40,188 bases of DNA from the IMG/VR virus record IMGVR_UViG_3300032232_000455, positions 1-40,188 of that record; one strand, given 5' to 3'. The first letter of the stretch is position 1. The number at the start of each line of letters is the position of its first letter. The notes beneath the pieces are model-generated. The model had not been told where the DNA came from and ran no database searches. It saw only the letters and a list, made by a program, of their open reading frames with translations. A program made the position numbers and the translations under genes. Of this stretch, positions 15,700-25,239 are shown piece after piece. Origin of the DNA: a virus (taxonomy: Duplodnaviria; Caudoviricetes).

Positions 15700-15862
15700 C
15701 TTCCAATGCAACGCCTGCAATGTAGTGCAGGAACTTCTACTATCGGTTAATGAGTCAGGCAATGTGCCAACATGTAGCCTATGTGAGGGTGACATGAGGC
15801 GCGTATTCACGCCACCTGCGGTACACTTTAGAGGTCCAGGGTTCTACAAGACTGGCGGTTAA
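15686..15862 (+). CDS. FmdB-like zinc-ribbon protein
   Basis: MP.YDF.C..C ... C..C...MRRVF.P..V.F.G.GFY.T. Confidence 0.8.
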   Translation: MPQYDFQCNACNVVQELLLSVNESGNVPTCSLCEGDMRRVFTPPAVHFRGPGFYKTGG

Positions 15863-15898
15863 ATTTCTTGACTGTTGGGGAAGCCGTCAAGGAAAAGC

Positions 15899-15943
15899 AA
15901 AAAAGCCCCCGCTCTTAGATTTCTCTAAGGCGGGGGTTCTTTT
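15899..15943. terminator. Bidirectional terminator between convergent genes
   Basis: A-tract, gcccccgc...gcgggggt stem, T-tract. Confidence 0.85.
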
Positions 15944-15955
15944 GTTTAAACAGTA

Positions 15956-16141
15956 TTACTTTGAGCCGCGACCAAACTCAGTTGCTGATGGGTCAAGCCA
16001 CTTGAGTAGTGGACCTGCAAAGCCTGCAAGGGCTGCAGCAGCAAGGGTCTTAAGGTCCGTCTCGCCAGCAAGGTAAAGTGCAATCGCAGCAGATGCCGCA
16101 GCACGGAACCATGTCAGTCCGAGTTGCTTAAATTGTTCCAT
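15956..16141 (-). CDS. Holin-like membrane protein
   Basis: Two hydrophobic segments, WLDP...FG C-terminus; next to the endolysin; GAGGAGG RBS. Confidence 0.7.
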   Translation of the reverse strand: MEQFKQLGLTWFRAAASAAIALYLAGETDLKTLAAAALAGFAGPLLKWLDPSATEFGRGSK

Positions 16142-16155
16142 TGTTTCCTCCTCGT

Positions 16156-16656
16156 TTATTTTGTACCGTGCAATTTGCAACATGTACAAACTTCGGTTGT
16201 GTATGCCTTTTTAGCAGGCACGGGTGTTATCTTTGAGATAACTTGATTAACAATCTTAGGTTGATTCATCCACCAAAACCACGGAGAAGTATCGGTAGCC
16301 ATAGCGGACTCAATAGAAATATGTAGATGCTTATTATGAGGATTACTCCCAGTGTACCGTCTGTTTCCCAACTTGGATTTTTCTTTGGACCAGATTTGTC
16401 CTTTGAAAATAAGGTACTTAACGCGCTTATCCTCTTTAAGTTTTTCAAAAATTTCAACACAATCAATTCCGTTCTTAGGGTCGTGCGTTAAATCAACAGC
16501 ATGCCCTGTGTTATGGTCACTGGCTGGACTCTGCTTGAGATGAGCGTTCGATGGAAGAAGCCCATCGCTGGCTTTCATACGCAATGGTGCTATCGCTGTG
16601 GCTTGGCGCAGGACTGCAAGTGCAGCAGGTGTGGCTTTCTTGACAACAGGTTTCAT
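16156..16656 (-). CDS. Endolysin (Zn-peptidase, M15-like)
   Basis: SDHN.G.AVD and H..H.HIS motifs; lysis-cassette position. Confidence 0.7.
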   Translation of the reverse strand: MKPVVKKATPAALAVLRQATAIAPLRMKASDGLLPSNAHLKQSPASDHNTGHAVDLTHDPKNGIDCVEIFEKLKEDKRVKYLIFKGQIWSKEKSKLGNRRYTGSNPHNKHLHISIESAMATDTSPWFWWMNQPKIVNQVISKITPVPAKKAYTTEVCTCCKLHGTK

Positions 16657-16925
16657 TTAGATTCATCTTCCTTCTTCTTACTCTTGAGTCCGTTGGCAGA
16701 TACAATTCCTGCTAATGTTCCAGTAAGGAACACAGTTAGTGTAGATACAAGGTCAATGAAGGCTGCATCGTTAGGTGCTTGCTTCATTGGTTGTGTTACA
16801 AATACCAATGCCCATAACAGGGCAAATACAGAACCAGCAAATACAATGGCTAGGATGATTCCAATACTGACAATCAATCTAGCGTGTAGTTCTTCTGCTG
16901 TATATCTTTCAGGGCGTTTCATCAA
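16653..16925 (-). CDS. Two-TM membrane protein
   Basis: Two long hydrophobic stretches, charged tail. Confidence 0.7.
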   Translation of the reverse strand: MMKRPERYTAEELHARLIVSIGIILAIVFAGSVFALLWALVFVTQPMKQAPNDAAFIDLVSTLTVFLTGTLAGIVSANGLKSKKKEDESK

Positions 16926-17097
16926 ATACCTCTGGTAATAAATCGGAGGAACAAGTACCTGTTACTTCACATTGAGGTGGGTTGCACTCTGGTTTTTCCC
17001 AGTTCTCAAATTCTTGACAAGGATAACGAACCCATCCTTGGTAACCACAACCACTAAGAGTTATTGCGAGAAAGAAGGATGCGATAAATTTCTTCAA
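16909..17097 (-). CDS. Small Cys-rich lipoprotein
   Basis: MKK + hydrophobic core + LSGC lipobox. Confidence 0.65.
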   Translation of the reverse strand: MKKFIASFFLAITLSGCGYQGWVRYPCQEFENWEKPECNPPQCEVTGTCSSDLLPEVFDETP

Positions 17098-17257
17098 CCT
17101 GTCGTTCCAATCTATTGACTGAATCTTTTAGGGAACTTCCAGAGTTAGGCTTAAGTTCGTACAAGTAATGCTTTACTAGCCACCTTACTGCAGTAGCAAA
17201 TGCAGCAATAAGGGTACAAAGTGATACGGCTAAGCCTAGCCACTGAGCAGGAGTCAT
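17054..17257 (-). CDS. Membrane protein (TM + short coiled coil)
   Basis: N-terminal TM, SSLKDSVNRLE coiled coil; AAGGA RBS. Confidence 0.7.
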   Translation of the reverse strand: MTPAQWLGLAVSLCTLIAAFATAVRWLVKHYLYELKPNSGSSLKDSVNRLERQVEEIYRILLSRNNS

Positions 17258-17273
17258 TTATTTTCCTTATGTA

Positions 17274-19238
17274 TTAGACAACAGTACGAGCAACTACTTG
17301 AATGATTCCACCATAGCCAGAGAAGTTTCCGTTAGGTGGTGTTGTGCGGGTAAATGTAACCTGCTCAACTACTGCTTCAATGGGTTCTCCACCAGCAGTA
17401 AAATCTTGAATGATGAGCGTTTCGCCCAATGCTTCCATCTGTTCCAATGCTTGCAAGCGAGCAAGTGCGTAGCCTTGGAAGCCAATCATCTGCTTGTTGC
17501 GGTCAGTCTCTTGGTCAAAACAGAAGATAGGAATCTGTAGCACGCGAGCACGAGTAGGTGTAGGCAAAGCCTTAACTGAGTATCCGTAGATAATCGCACC
17601 TTTAGTTGGGTCTGTATTGTTTCTGTTTAAACGGAACTTAAACTGTGCTTCTGCGGCAACAGTAGAAAATACTGGGGCTAGGTCATAGTCGTAGATTTCA
17701 ACAGTTCCTTCTGGAATTGTCTGAAACGCTATGTCAACGCCATCAATAACGCGGAACATATCTATGTCACCTTGCAGTACATCTTCAATACGAACTTTAA
17801 TACGCTTCCATGCTTTGTTTTCAAAGGTATCAAAACGAATAATGCCTGTTGTTATCTCACCAGACTCAACAAAGTCGGTCTGTGATTCTCTCCACATTCC
17901 AGAGTTTTCAACAGTAAATGCTTTATGTCCATTAGCAAATGTAGCAATAGACCAGATAGAGCCAGTTGCTCCAGATGCATAAACATCTTTAGCGTATGCA
18001 TACTTACCACTAGTTAGTGGGGCACCAAGATTGATACGAATAAGCCCTGAGTACCCATCAACTTCGCTATTGATGCCAGCATAAATAAACTCATTGTTGG
18101 CAGTAAATGCATAGATGTCATAGCCAGATTCATAAACCAATGGACCATAAGATAGGTTACCGTTGCTATCTGCTATGGCAATACGCACACCTTTGCTTGT
18201 TCCAAGTGCAACAAAGGTGCCAAGGTATCCATACATCGCGGTAAGGCGTTCGCCTCGTGGCAAGACAAGTACTGTTGTCATAGTGCTTAATGCGCCAGTA
18301 CCATCTACTGTAATTTTAAGGGCAATACCTTCATCACCTGAGAATCCGCCAACATAGATAGCAGCGCTCGACTCAGTAATACCCATGAACCTGAATCCAA
18401 TAGGTAAGGTTGCGCTACCATTGACAGCAGTAAGAGTACTGAGGTTAATACTAGAACCTAGATTGCGTACTAACTCATACACAAAAGTATTCTTATTAAC
18501 ATCGGTATAGCCCAACATAAAGCGTTGCTTAACATACGAAATAAAAGCAGTAGCAGCATTGGCTGTGTTGATTGCATAGTCCTGATGTAAAGCAGGGCTA
18601 ACAGCATCAAATGAATAGCGCCATACCTTAGTAGGTGTGACCATCATTAAGTCATTGCCACCCATTGCTGCATACAAAATTTCTTCTGTAATTGCACTGT
18701 TGTTAATGACTGTTGTTACAGTACCAGCAGTTGTAGTAAGACTTACACGGGCTGTAACGGCTGCTGAACCAGTGACTTTAACTAGGTACTCAGTTCCGCT
18801 GATGATGGTAGAGAACACACCAGAGCGGGCAGTAGAAGCCTGTGTAAGGCTTGTAGAGTGGAGCAGGCTCAACTGTCCTGGAGTCCATGGGTCTACGCCT
18901 ACGGAGTCAGAGAACTGAAACTTAACTTCATCAGGTGTGCCAACGATAGGCTCCTGGTATGTGATGCCTCCACCTAAATGAAAGGATGACTGCGAACGAA
19001 TCCAATAGCCTGAGCCTGAGAGTGACTGCTCACCTGGGTCACGGGCATTGTCAAAACGCTGAGTTCTAAACTCTGCAGTCTGACGGCGGTACGGTGTTGC
19101 ATCTGTGATGCCATAGATAAACGGCATGCCACCAATAGCAACATCAAACTTGTATGTGGTTGGGTCATAGTAAGCAGCGGTGCGACCAGAGAGGTCAATT
19201 ATCACGCGCTCGGATATATCAGGTGGTCTACTTGCCAC
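17274..19238 (-). CDS. Tail structural protein (beta-rich; possible nozzle/tubular protein B)
   Basis: 654 aa, beta-propeller-like composition, late-module position. Confidence 0.55.
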   Translation of the reverse strand: MASRPPDISERVIIDLSGRTAAYYDPTTYKFDVAIGGMPFIYGITDATPYRRQTAEFRTQRFDNARDPGEQSLSGSGYWIRSQSSFHLGGGITYQEPIVGTPDEVKFQFSDSVGVDPWTPGQLSLLHSTSLTQASTARSGVFSTIISGTEYLVKVTGSAAVTARVSLTTTAGTVTTVINNSAITEEILYAAMGGNDLMMVTPTKVWRYSFDAVSPALHQDYAINTANAATAFISYVKQRFMLGYTDVNKNTFVYELVRNLGSSINLSTLTAVNGSATLPIGFRFMGITESSAAIYVGGFSGDEGIALKITVDGTGALSTMTTVLVLPRGERLTAMYGYLGTFVALGTSKGVRIAIADSNGNLSYGPLVYESGYDIYAFTANNEFIYAGINSEVDGYSGLIRINLGAPLTSGKYAYAKDVYASGATGSIWSIATFANGHKAFTVENSGMWRESQTDFVESGEITTGIIRFDTFENKAWKRIKVRIEDVLQGDIDMFRVIDGVDIAFQTIPEGTVEIYDYDLAPVFSTVAAEAQFKFRLNRNNTDPTKGAIIYGYSVKALPTPTRARVLQIPIFCFDQETDRNKQMIGFQGYALARLQALEQMEALGETLIIQDFTAGGEPIEAVVEQVTFTRTTPPNGNFSGYGGIIQVVARTVV

Positions 19239-19268
19239 TATGTCTCCTTAGTCTAGGCATAAAAAATA

Positions 19269-19295
19269 GAGCAGTTTAAACGCATGCTCAGGCGT
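19269..19295 (-). ncRNA. Candidate H-type pseudoknot, copy 1
   Basis: ACGC-CUGAGCAU-GCGU-UUAAAC-UGCUC followed by a U-tract; second copy at 39056. Confidence 0.55.
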
Positions 19296-19307
19296 AATAA
19301 CTATTTG

Positions 19308-20009
19308 TTATTTATATTCTTTGGGTTGTCTAAACATAGACTTGTAGCGGTCAAAGAACTTAGTTTGTAAACGATTAGTAACTCTTTGTTGTTCTTCAAA
19401 CTCTACTTGTGAACCTAAACTCATCTGCCATTCATCACGCTTAATAGGAATGACTTGAGCAATAGGAGTACCAGCAGGAATAATTCCTTCAAAAGTTACA
19501 TCGTTAAGAACAAATGGAAAGTTTACTGCTGCAGTATAAGTATCAGTATCTACAATTCCTGGAAGAATTGTAAACGGCGATTCCCTGTGCATAGGCTGAA
19601 CAAACAAAGTTGAGTAACCTTTAGGAGTTTTAATTGCCCAAGGGTTAACCCATTTTGGATAAGCCATATGACCATTGCGTTGAGGATGCTCAGGCATTTG
19701 TTCTATTGGGTGAAATTGAATAAGCCCATAGTTTGCCCATTCAAAATACGGGTGCTTAGTTCCATCCTGATTTTCTTTTTGAGACACAAATACATCAGCA
19801 GCAGATACAATTATGTATCCACCAACAATAGCATCAAACACTGGCATGCAACGCTTAGCAGTTGCACTACTAGTACCCTGACCAGTAGGCTTTTTTTCTC
19901 TACTTAAATAAGATTCTAGTTTCTTATACCATTCTGGAACAAAAACACTTGCTGGTTTAGGGGAGTATTCTTCTGGAACACCTGCTGTATTTGTAAACTT
20001 TATTTCCAT
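19308..20009 (-). CDS. Conserved phage protein, possibly dUTPase-like beta-clip fold
   Basis: PEWYK, KRCMP..D, W.IKTPKGYS, LPGIVDTD, I.AGTP.AQVIP. Confidence 0.55.
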   Translation of the reverse strand: MEIKFTNTAGVPEEYSPKPASVFVPEWYKKLESYLSREKKPTGQGTSSATAKRCMPVFDAIVGGYIIVSAADVFVSQKENQDGTKHPYFEWANYGLIQFHPIEQMPEHPQRNGHMAYPKWVNPWAIKTPKGYSTLFVQPMHRESPFTILPGIVDTDTYTAAVNFPFVLNDVTFEGIIPAGTPIAQVIPIKRDEWQMSLGSQVEFEEQQRVTNRLQTKFFDRYKSMFRQPKEYK

Positions 20010-20027
20010 TTTGTCCCCTTTGGTTAT

Positions 20028-20402
20028 TTAATTAATCAATGACCCATCAACCCAAGTCTGATTTTCTTCATCCCATACATAATATCCTGGAGTTGGTCTA
20101 GGCGTAGGCGCAACCCAAGTAAATTTTTCAGCGTCTAGTGTCCAAGATGGATATGGTTGAGGTAAATAGAAAGCATCTAAAACTGGGTCATAAACATAAC
20201 CAATACCAGCAAAGTTTCCTCTAAATGGTGTCCCACCTAGTTTATGCTTACCTTGAAAAGTATTGTATGATGTTTGCAACCATGTTCCATCAAGCCCAAG
20301 GTCTTGATTCATGTACTCTTGCCCCCTGTGGACTTCTTCATCTGGAACAACCGTTACTCGAAGAACCATATTATTGTTATCTATTTCTGCAAAATGTGCC
20401 AT
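20028..20402 (-). CDS. Tail-fibre-associated hypothetical protein
   Basis: MAHFA, W.QTSYN, R.NFAGIG..YD, P.P.PSW; follows the glycine-rich gene. Confidence 0.7.
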   Translation of the reverse strand: MAHFAEIDNNNMVLRVTVVPDEEVHRGQEYMNQDLGLDGTWLQTSYNTFQGKHKLGGTPFRGNFAGIGYVYDPVLDAFYLPQPYPSWTLDAEKFTWVAPTPRPTPGYYVWDEENQTWVDGSLIN

Positions 20403-20404
20403 TT

Positions 20405-21328
20405 TTATGCTTCCCACTCTACTCTACAATATCCGCTTCCACCATTTACCGCTGTTCCTGAGTTAGCGGATGCAGCACCACCGCCACCGCCAGTATTAGC
20501 GCGACCAGCCATTCCGCCTGAACCTGAACCTGCACCAGTATTTCCTGCTCCACCTGCGCCAAATCCATTTAATCCTGGACCTGGCACTGAAGTACCTGAA
20601 GGTTGGTTTGATGCGCTATCCATAGCGCCAGAAGAACCAGGTCCCCCAGCGCCACCACCAGCACCACCGCCTTGTGCACTACCAGCACTACCAGCGCCGC
20701 CGCCAGAACCACCATTTGCATTAGAACCACCTGAAACGCCTGTACCCGCACCACCACCTGGGTATCCACCATAACTAAAAGTTCCAGCATTGCCACTGCC
20801 GCCAGTATTAGCACCAGAAGTTCCAACACCTCCACCACCTGCGGTTAAAATATTACCAAAAGTGCTTGCTGTTCCTGCTGCAGCAGAACCTCCAGCACCA
20901 ATAGTAACTGCATAATTTGTTCCTGCTGTAACAGCAATTATTTCTTCAAATACTTGACCACCACCACCGCCGCCAACTCCAGCACCACCTGCGGTTTGAC
21001 ATCCACCACCACCACCAACAAGTATAACTTTTGCGTAGTTAACACCAGTAGGTGCAGTCCAGTTTCCATTAGTAATAAATCTTTGACTGCGCCAAGTTTT
21101 AGCAGCAGCCAATGATGAAACAATATTAGTAACATTTGTATTGTTTGCAGCAGCAACTGCCGTTGCAATACTTGTATTAGTTGGAACTGCTGCTACAACT
21201 GCCGTAGCAATGCTTGAGTTTGTAGGTACTGCTGCAGCAATAGATGAATTAGTAGGTACAGCAGCAGCAACTGCTGTAGCAATGTCTGTATTTTGAGGAC
21301 CAACCCCAGGGATTCTGTCAATAGCCAT
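20405..21328 (-). CDS. Glycine-rich tail fibre/receptor-binding protein
   Basis: N-terminal AAVPTN(S/T)SIA repeats (x3), then a Gly-rich domain ending GGSG. Confidence 0.7.
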   Translation of the reverse strand: MAIDRIPGVGPQNTDIATAVAAAVPTNSSIAAAVPTNSSIATAVVAAVPTNTSIATAVAAANNTNVTNIVSSLAAAKTWRSQRFITNGNWTAPTGVNYAKVILVGGGGGCQTAGGAGVGGGGGGQVFEEIIAVTAGTNYAVTIGAGGSAAAGTASTFGNILTAGGGGVGTSGANTGGSGNAGTFSYGGYPGGGAGTGVSGGSNANGGSGGGAGSAGSAQGGGAGGGAGGPGSSGAMDSASNQPSGTSVPGPGLNGFGAGGAGNTGAGSGSGGMAGRANTGGGGGAASANSGTAVNGGSGYCRVEWEA

Positions 21329-21630
21329 TAGGAAATCTCCACTCCGCTGATGTGAAAGTTAACAGTTGTTGCTGATGCAAAACCAGTAATTGTATTAGTA
21401 GCAGAAAGTACTTGCTTAAGGTCAATGGTTGTAATGCTATTAGCAGCAACAGATACTGCTGATGCCATAGCCACTCCATTAAGTGCAAGCGTAAATGTAC
21501 CTGCTGAGGCAGCAGTATTAGTAATAACTATATTACTTACTACTGTAGTTGTTGCAGATGGCACTGTGTAGAGAGTAGCCGATGATGTTGCAAAGGCTCC
21601 TCTTGCAAGTGCTTTAGTTGTTGTAGCCAT
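21328..21630 (-). CDS. Small virion-associated protein
   Basis: TLYTVP...N...SGVEI beta-sandwich pattern; tail module. Confidence 0.65.
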   Translation of the reverse strand: MATTTKALARGAFATSSATLYTVPSATTTVVSNIVITNTAASAGTFTLALNGVAMASAVSVAANSITTIDLKQVLSATNTITGFASATTVNFHISGVEIS

Positions 21631-21645
21631 TTGTTGTTCCCTTTC

Positions 21646-23904
21646 TTAGAACGCACCCATGATGGTCATGAGTTCCAAATCTAATTCGTATCCGTCAGCA
21701 TCAAGTGTTGTGAACTGGTCGGAGCGAAGTTTTGTAAATCCAACCAATGTTGTATTAGTTGAACCTGAGGCTATAGATGTTGAGCCAAGGGTAGGTGCTG
21801 AGTATCCAGCGACAGTACCCCATGATGGTGTAGTTCCATCTGTTGTTAGGTACTTGCCTGAGTTGCCAGTTTGAGATGGTAGTGCTGCGTAGTACTCGCT
21901 AAATGTAATTGCAGTAGTTCCAATAACAATAGGGTCTACTGTAGTCGAGTTAATGAATGACTTACCACCATTTACTGTACCGCCAACGCAGAACACTTCA
22001 TCGCCATTTTTCATTTCACCTGATGGGTTATTATCAGCATCAGTTGCACGAGTTAATACAAATGGAACAGAACCGCTACCAACAGTTGTTAATGTATAAA
22101 TACCATTTTGTAGTTGGGTTGTTTGGTTTTTAATAAGAACTCTGTCATTTAAAGCAACAGACACTCCATCTAATGTAGTAAGTGCACGGTTTGTATCTGC
22201 CGTAAGAGTTGCTCCTACACCACTTGTTCCGTTATTGTAGATTACGCCTAAGTTGGTATTAGATGCAGCAACAACTGATTGGTGATAGTTAATTTGAGTA
22301 ACTACTGCATCAACATACTGCTTAGTAGCAAGACCAAGATTTACAGTTGGGTCTGCAGCAGCCAATCCACCGCTAAGAGTTAAAGCGGTAATTGTAGATA
22401 CAGTTGCACCTGAACCAATAGATGTGCTACCAATAGTAGGTGCTGTGTAAACACTAGTTGTAGCAATCTGAACCCATGCGGAACCTGACCATACATACAT
22501 ATTGTTAAGGGTCGAGTTCCAATAGATAGCACCAACAAGTAGTGTGTTACCATCATTGTCTACTGTGGGAGCAGATGACTTGCTACCAAGATAGCGGTCA
22601 TCAAAGTCGTCATAAGTTGTAGCAGCAGATGTAGCACTTGTTGCAGCAGAGGCTGCAGAAGTAGAGGCTGCTGTTGCATACCCCTGTGAGGCTGTTGCTG
22701 AGTTGCTTGAAGATGTGGCTGAAGTAGCAGCAGCAGTCTGACTGGTCAAGGCTGATGAAGCACTTGTGGCAGCGGCTGTCTGACTAGTCAAAGCAGAAGA
22801 TGCAGATGTAGCAGCACTTGTTGCTGATGTTGCTGCTGATGTTGCTGATGTTGCTGCTGATGTAGCAGAAGTTGCTGCTAATCCAGCAGATGTTGCAGCA
22901 GCAGTAGCAGAACTAGCAGAAGCAGATGCAGAAGTTGCTGATGCGATTGCTGATGTTTCTGAACTTCCTGCAGATGTAGCAGCACTTGCAGCACTTGTTG
23001 CTGCTGCGCTTGCTGAGTTAGAAGCCGTAGTTGCGTAACCTGCGATGGTTGCTACAGAGTTAGCAGCCGTTGTTGCAGATGCCGCAGCGCTTGTGGCGCT
23101 TGTTGCGGCAGAGGCTGCGCTTGTGGCTGCAGCCGCTACTTGAGCATCTGCAAAGTCTTTACGAACAGCATCACTTGCTAGTGTTGGTGTAGCAAGATTT
23201 GTAATCTTATACCCACCAGCATTAAGAGCATCACCCATAGTCTTGTTGGTAAGTGTCTGAACCGCTGTAGTAAGAACTACGGTACCAGTTGTATTAGGTA
23301 ATGTGATTGTATTATCTTGAGTAGGGTCAACAACTGTAAGTGTTGTTTCAAAGGCATCAGGTGTTGCACCTTCAAAGACAATGCTTGCATCTACACCAGC
23401 ACCAGAGATGCTTGGGTTAGTAATAGTAGGAGATGTAAGAGTCTTGTTAGTGAGAGTTTGTGTCTTGAGTGTTCCAACTACAACACCTTCGCCTGTGACA
23501 ATACCGTGAACATGTGTCTGGTTTGCAGCATCAAGAATAGTTTGGTCAATATCATAACCGCGAGCAGCAATATGATTTTCTGATTCACGGAACTCACGAC
23601 CTGATACACCGTGACGAACAACTGCTCCTGCGGAGTGTGCTACGCCTTGTGTGTTATCGGACCCACGAGTAACGCTAAGGGTTGTTCCACTACCTGCGGT
23701 AACGGTAACTACTTCTTCTTTAGATGTATCTGGGTCAACAATAAGTGTGTAAGGGTATGATGAAGGAAAGCCAGAAACAGATGCAACAATAAATGCGGTG
23801 TTAGCCGCACCTTGTGCTTGTGCTGGAATGGAACCTGATAGCGCTGTTTCTACTGCGGTTGAGGAGTAGTACCGCGCTGGGGAGCCTGGGTCGCCTGCTG
23901 CCAT
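21646..23904 (-). CDS. Tail fibre protein with Ala/Ser/Thr-rich stalk
   Basis: 752 aa; SATSAA repeats; DRVLIKNQ...NGIY...LTRATD motif. Confidence 0.8.
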   Translation of the reverse strand: MAAGDPGSPARYYSSTAVETALSGSIPAQAQGAANTAFIVASVSGFPSSYPYTLIVDPDTSKEEVVTVTAGSGTTLSVTRGSDNTQGVAHSAGAVVRHGVSGREFRESENHIAARGYDIDQTILDAANQTHVHGIVTGEGVVVGTLKTQTLTNKTLTSPTITNPSISGAGVDASIVFEGATPDAFETTLTVVDPTQDNTITLPNTTGTVVLTTAVQTLTNKTMGDALNAGGYKITNLATPTLASDAVRKDFADAQVAAAATSAASAATSATSAAASATTAANSVATIAGYATTASNSASAAATSAASAATSAGSSETSAIASATSASASASSATAAATSAGLAATSATSAATSATSAATSATSAATSASSALTSQTAAATSASSALTSQTAAATSATSSSNSATASQGYATAASTSAASAATSATSAATTYDDFDDRYLGSKSSAPTVDNDGNTLLVGAIYWNSTLNNMYVWSGSAWVQIATTSVYTAPTIGSTSIGSGATVSTITALTLSGGLAAADPTVNLGLATKQYVDAVVTQINYHQSVVAASNTNLGVIYNNGTSGVGATLTADTNRALTTLDGVSVALNDRVLIKNQTTQLQNGIYTLTTVGSGSVPFVLTRATDADNNPSGEMKNGDEVFCVGGTVNGGKSFINSTTVDPIVIGTTAITFSEYYAALPSQTGNSGKYLTTDGTTPSWGTVAGYSAPTLGSTSIASGSTNTTLVGFTKLRSDQFTTLDADGYELDLELMTIMGAF

Positions 23905-23912
23905 TTTTTAAC

Positions 23913-24809
23913 CTATCTCTGGTAGTGGGAACGGATTGGGTGTTGACGGCGTTGGTTGTCCGCAACTTCGTTTAAACGCTGCTGGTAAATGTTATACAAG
24001 TATCTGGAAGCGTTCTGTCCAGAACCAGTTGGTCGCACACCATCAAGGAAGTCTGCAGATGCAGACTGTGGACCAAGGCGTGAAGGGTCCAAGAATGAAA
24101 TCATACGGAAGGCTGCGCCATAGATGACGACATCTTCTGAGTATGTAGGCATGCCACTGGTTGTTGCATAATCGTCATTACCATTAGTAAGAAGTGTTGG
24201 GCGCTTTGAGTAGAACACATGCACTGTCTGTCCAGGCACGATACCAGCATAAACGCTAATACTGCGAGCAGAAGTAAATGCATCTGTATCTGCTGAGCGG
24301 TCTAGGTTGTAGGCACGAACTGGCATCCACTCTTTTGTTGGTCCTACTGTTGAGTAGGTAACACTGAGTGCGTTCTGAAAATCTGCTGGCAACTGGTATG
24401 TTGTCCGCGCTGCAATAAATGTAAAGTCTGTACTAGCGGTAGCAAATACCATTGGGTACATAGCATCAATAGTGTTGTTAATAGCCTTTTTAATCTCATT
24501 GCGTGGGAACAATGGTGAGGCTGTTATCTTTGCGTTTTGAGCATGAGTTGCAGCAGTAGTGCCACGCTGTCCACGACCCCATGGTGCAAGGGTAAGAGTG
24601 TTGGCTACATTGTCTGTGTTGTTAACGAATACAATTTCATCGTCTATCTGTACATAGCCACGACCAATACCTGATGCATCGTACACAGATAACGTTGTAG
24701 TTGTGCTAGTAGCGCTGGTTGTAAGCCAAGTACTTGGCTCAGTATTTTCTGTGTAACCATGCAGCACTGCTTCAACGCGGTCTGCTAGTTCATCAAATGT
24801 TGAACTCAT
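23913..24809 (-). CDS. Head-tail adaptor / tail tubular protein A-like
   Basis: Position, size and helical N/C-termini; function inferred. Confidence 0.5.
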   Translation of the reverse strand: MSSTFDELADRVEAVLHGYTENTEPSTWLTTSATSTTTTLSVYDASGIGRGYVQIDDEIVFVNNTDNVANTLTLAPWGRGQRGTTAATHAQNAKITASPLFPRNEIKKAINNTIDAMYPMVFATASTDFTFIAARTTYQLPADFQNALSVTYSTVGPTKEWMPVRAYNLDRSADTDAFTSARSISVYAGIVPGQTVHVFYSKRPTLLTNGNDDYATTSGMPTYSEDVVIYGAAFRMISFLDPSRLGPQSASADFLDGVRPTGSGQNASRYLYNIYQQRLNEVADNQRRQHPIRSHYQR

Positions 24810-25081
24810 AGGTTAATGCTCCTTAGGGCTACGACTCCTGATAATCCAGTGGTTCCTGCTAACTCGTTACAGATGGCGTTGTAGTCTTTGTAGTCTTTAG
24901 GTTGACGACTTGAACTTGCCTTGTAATTAAGAGCAGCAATAAGACCTAGACCAGATGTACCAGCCCATGCGTTAGCAGCACCTTGTTCTACTTTGTATGC
25001 TGTCATTGCTGGATATGTACCACCGTTTGCAAGACGATTGAGTTCGTCTGCCAATGAACTTCCTGCTACTCCTGTTGCCAT
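24806..25081 (-). CDS. Hypothetical protein
   Basis: ORF track; coupled start/stop. Confidence 0.7.
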   Translation of the reverse strand: MATGVAGSSLADELNRLANGGTYPAMTAYKVEQGAANAWAGTSGLGLIAALNYKASSSRQPKDYKDYNAICNELAGTTGLSGVVALRSINL

Positions 25082-25239
25082 TACTTAGCCTTTCGCTTCG
25101 CTGCTGCGTTGTCTACAAGGTTTGGATAAGGGCGACCAGCCTTCTTTGCTGATGCCTTAGCCCTTGCCTTCTGAGATGCAGTTAAAGGTTTTGATTTCTT
25201 GTTAGGATTCTTTGTATCCCAAAATGCTTTCTTCTTCAC
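25081..25239 (-). CDS. Small basic protein (52 aa, MKKKAFWDTKNP...RPYPNLVDN)
   Basis: Own translation; GTGA and TAATG overlaps. Confidence 0.7.
   Translation of the reverse strand: MKKKAFWDTKNPNKKSKPLTASQKARAKASAKKAGRPYPNLVDNAAAKRKAK

Noticed and set aside
20274-20774. 166-aa Pro-rich + strand ORF
   Set aside because: Antisense shadow of the glycine-rich tail gene (GGN codons read as NCC)
22600-23140. Low-complexity gctgatgtt-type repeats as a non-coding repeat or diversity element
   Set aside because: They encode the Ala/Ser/Thr stalk of the tail fibre; no reverse transcriptase or template/variable repeat pair was seen
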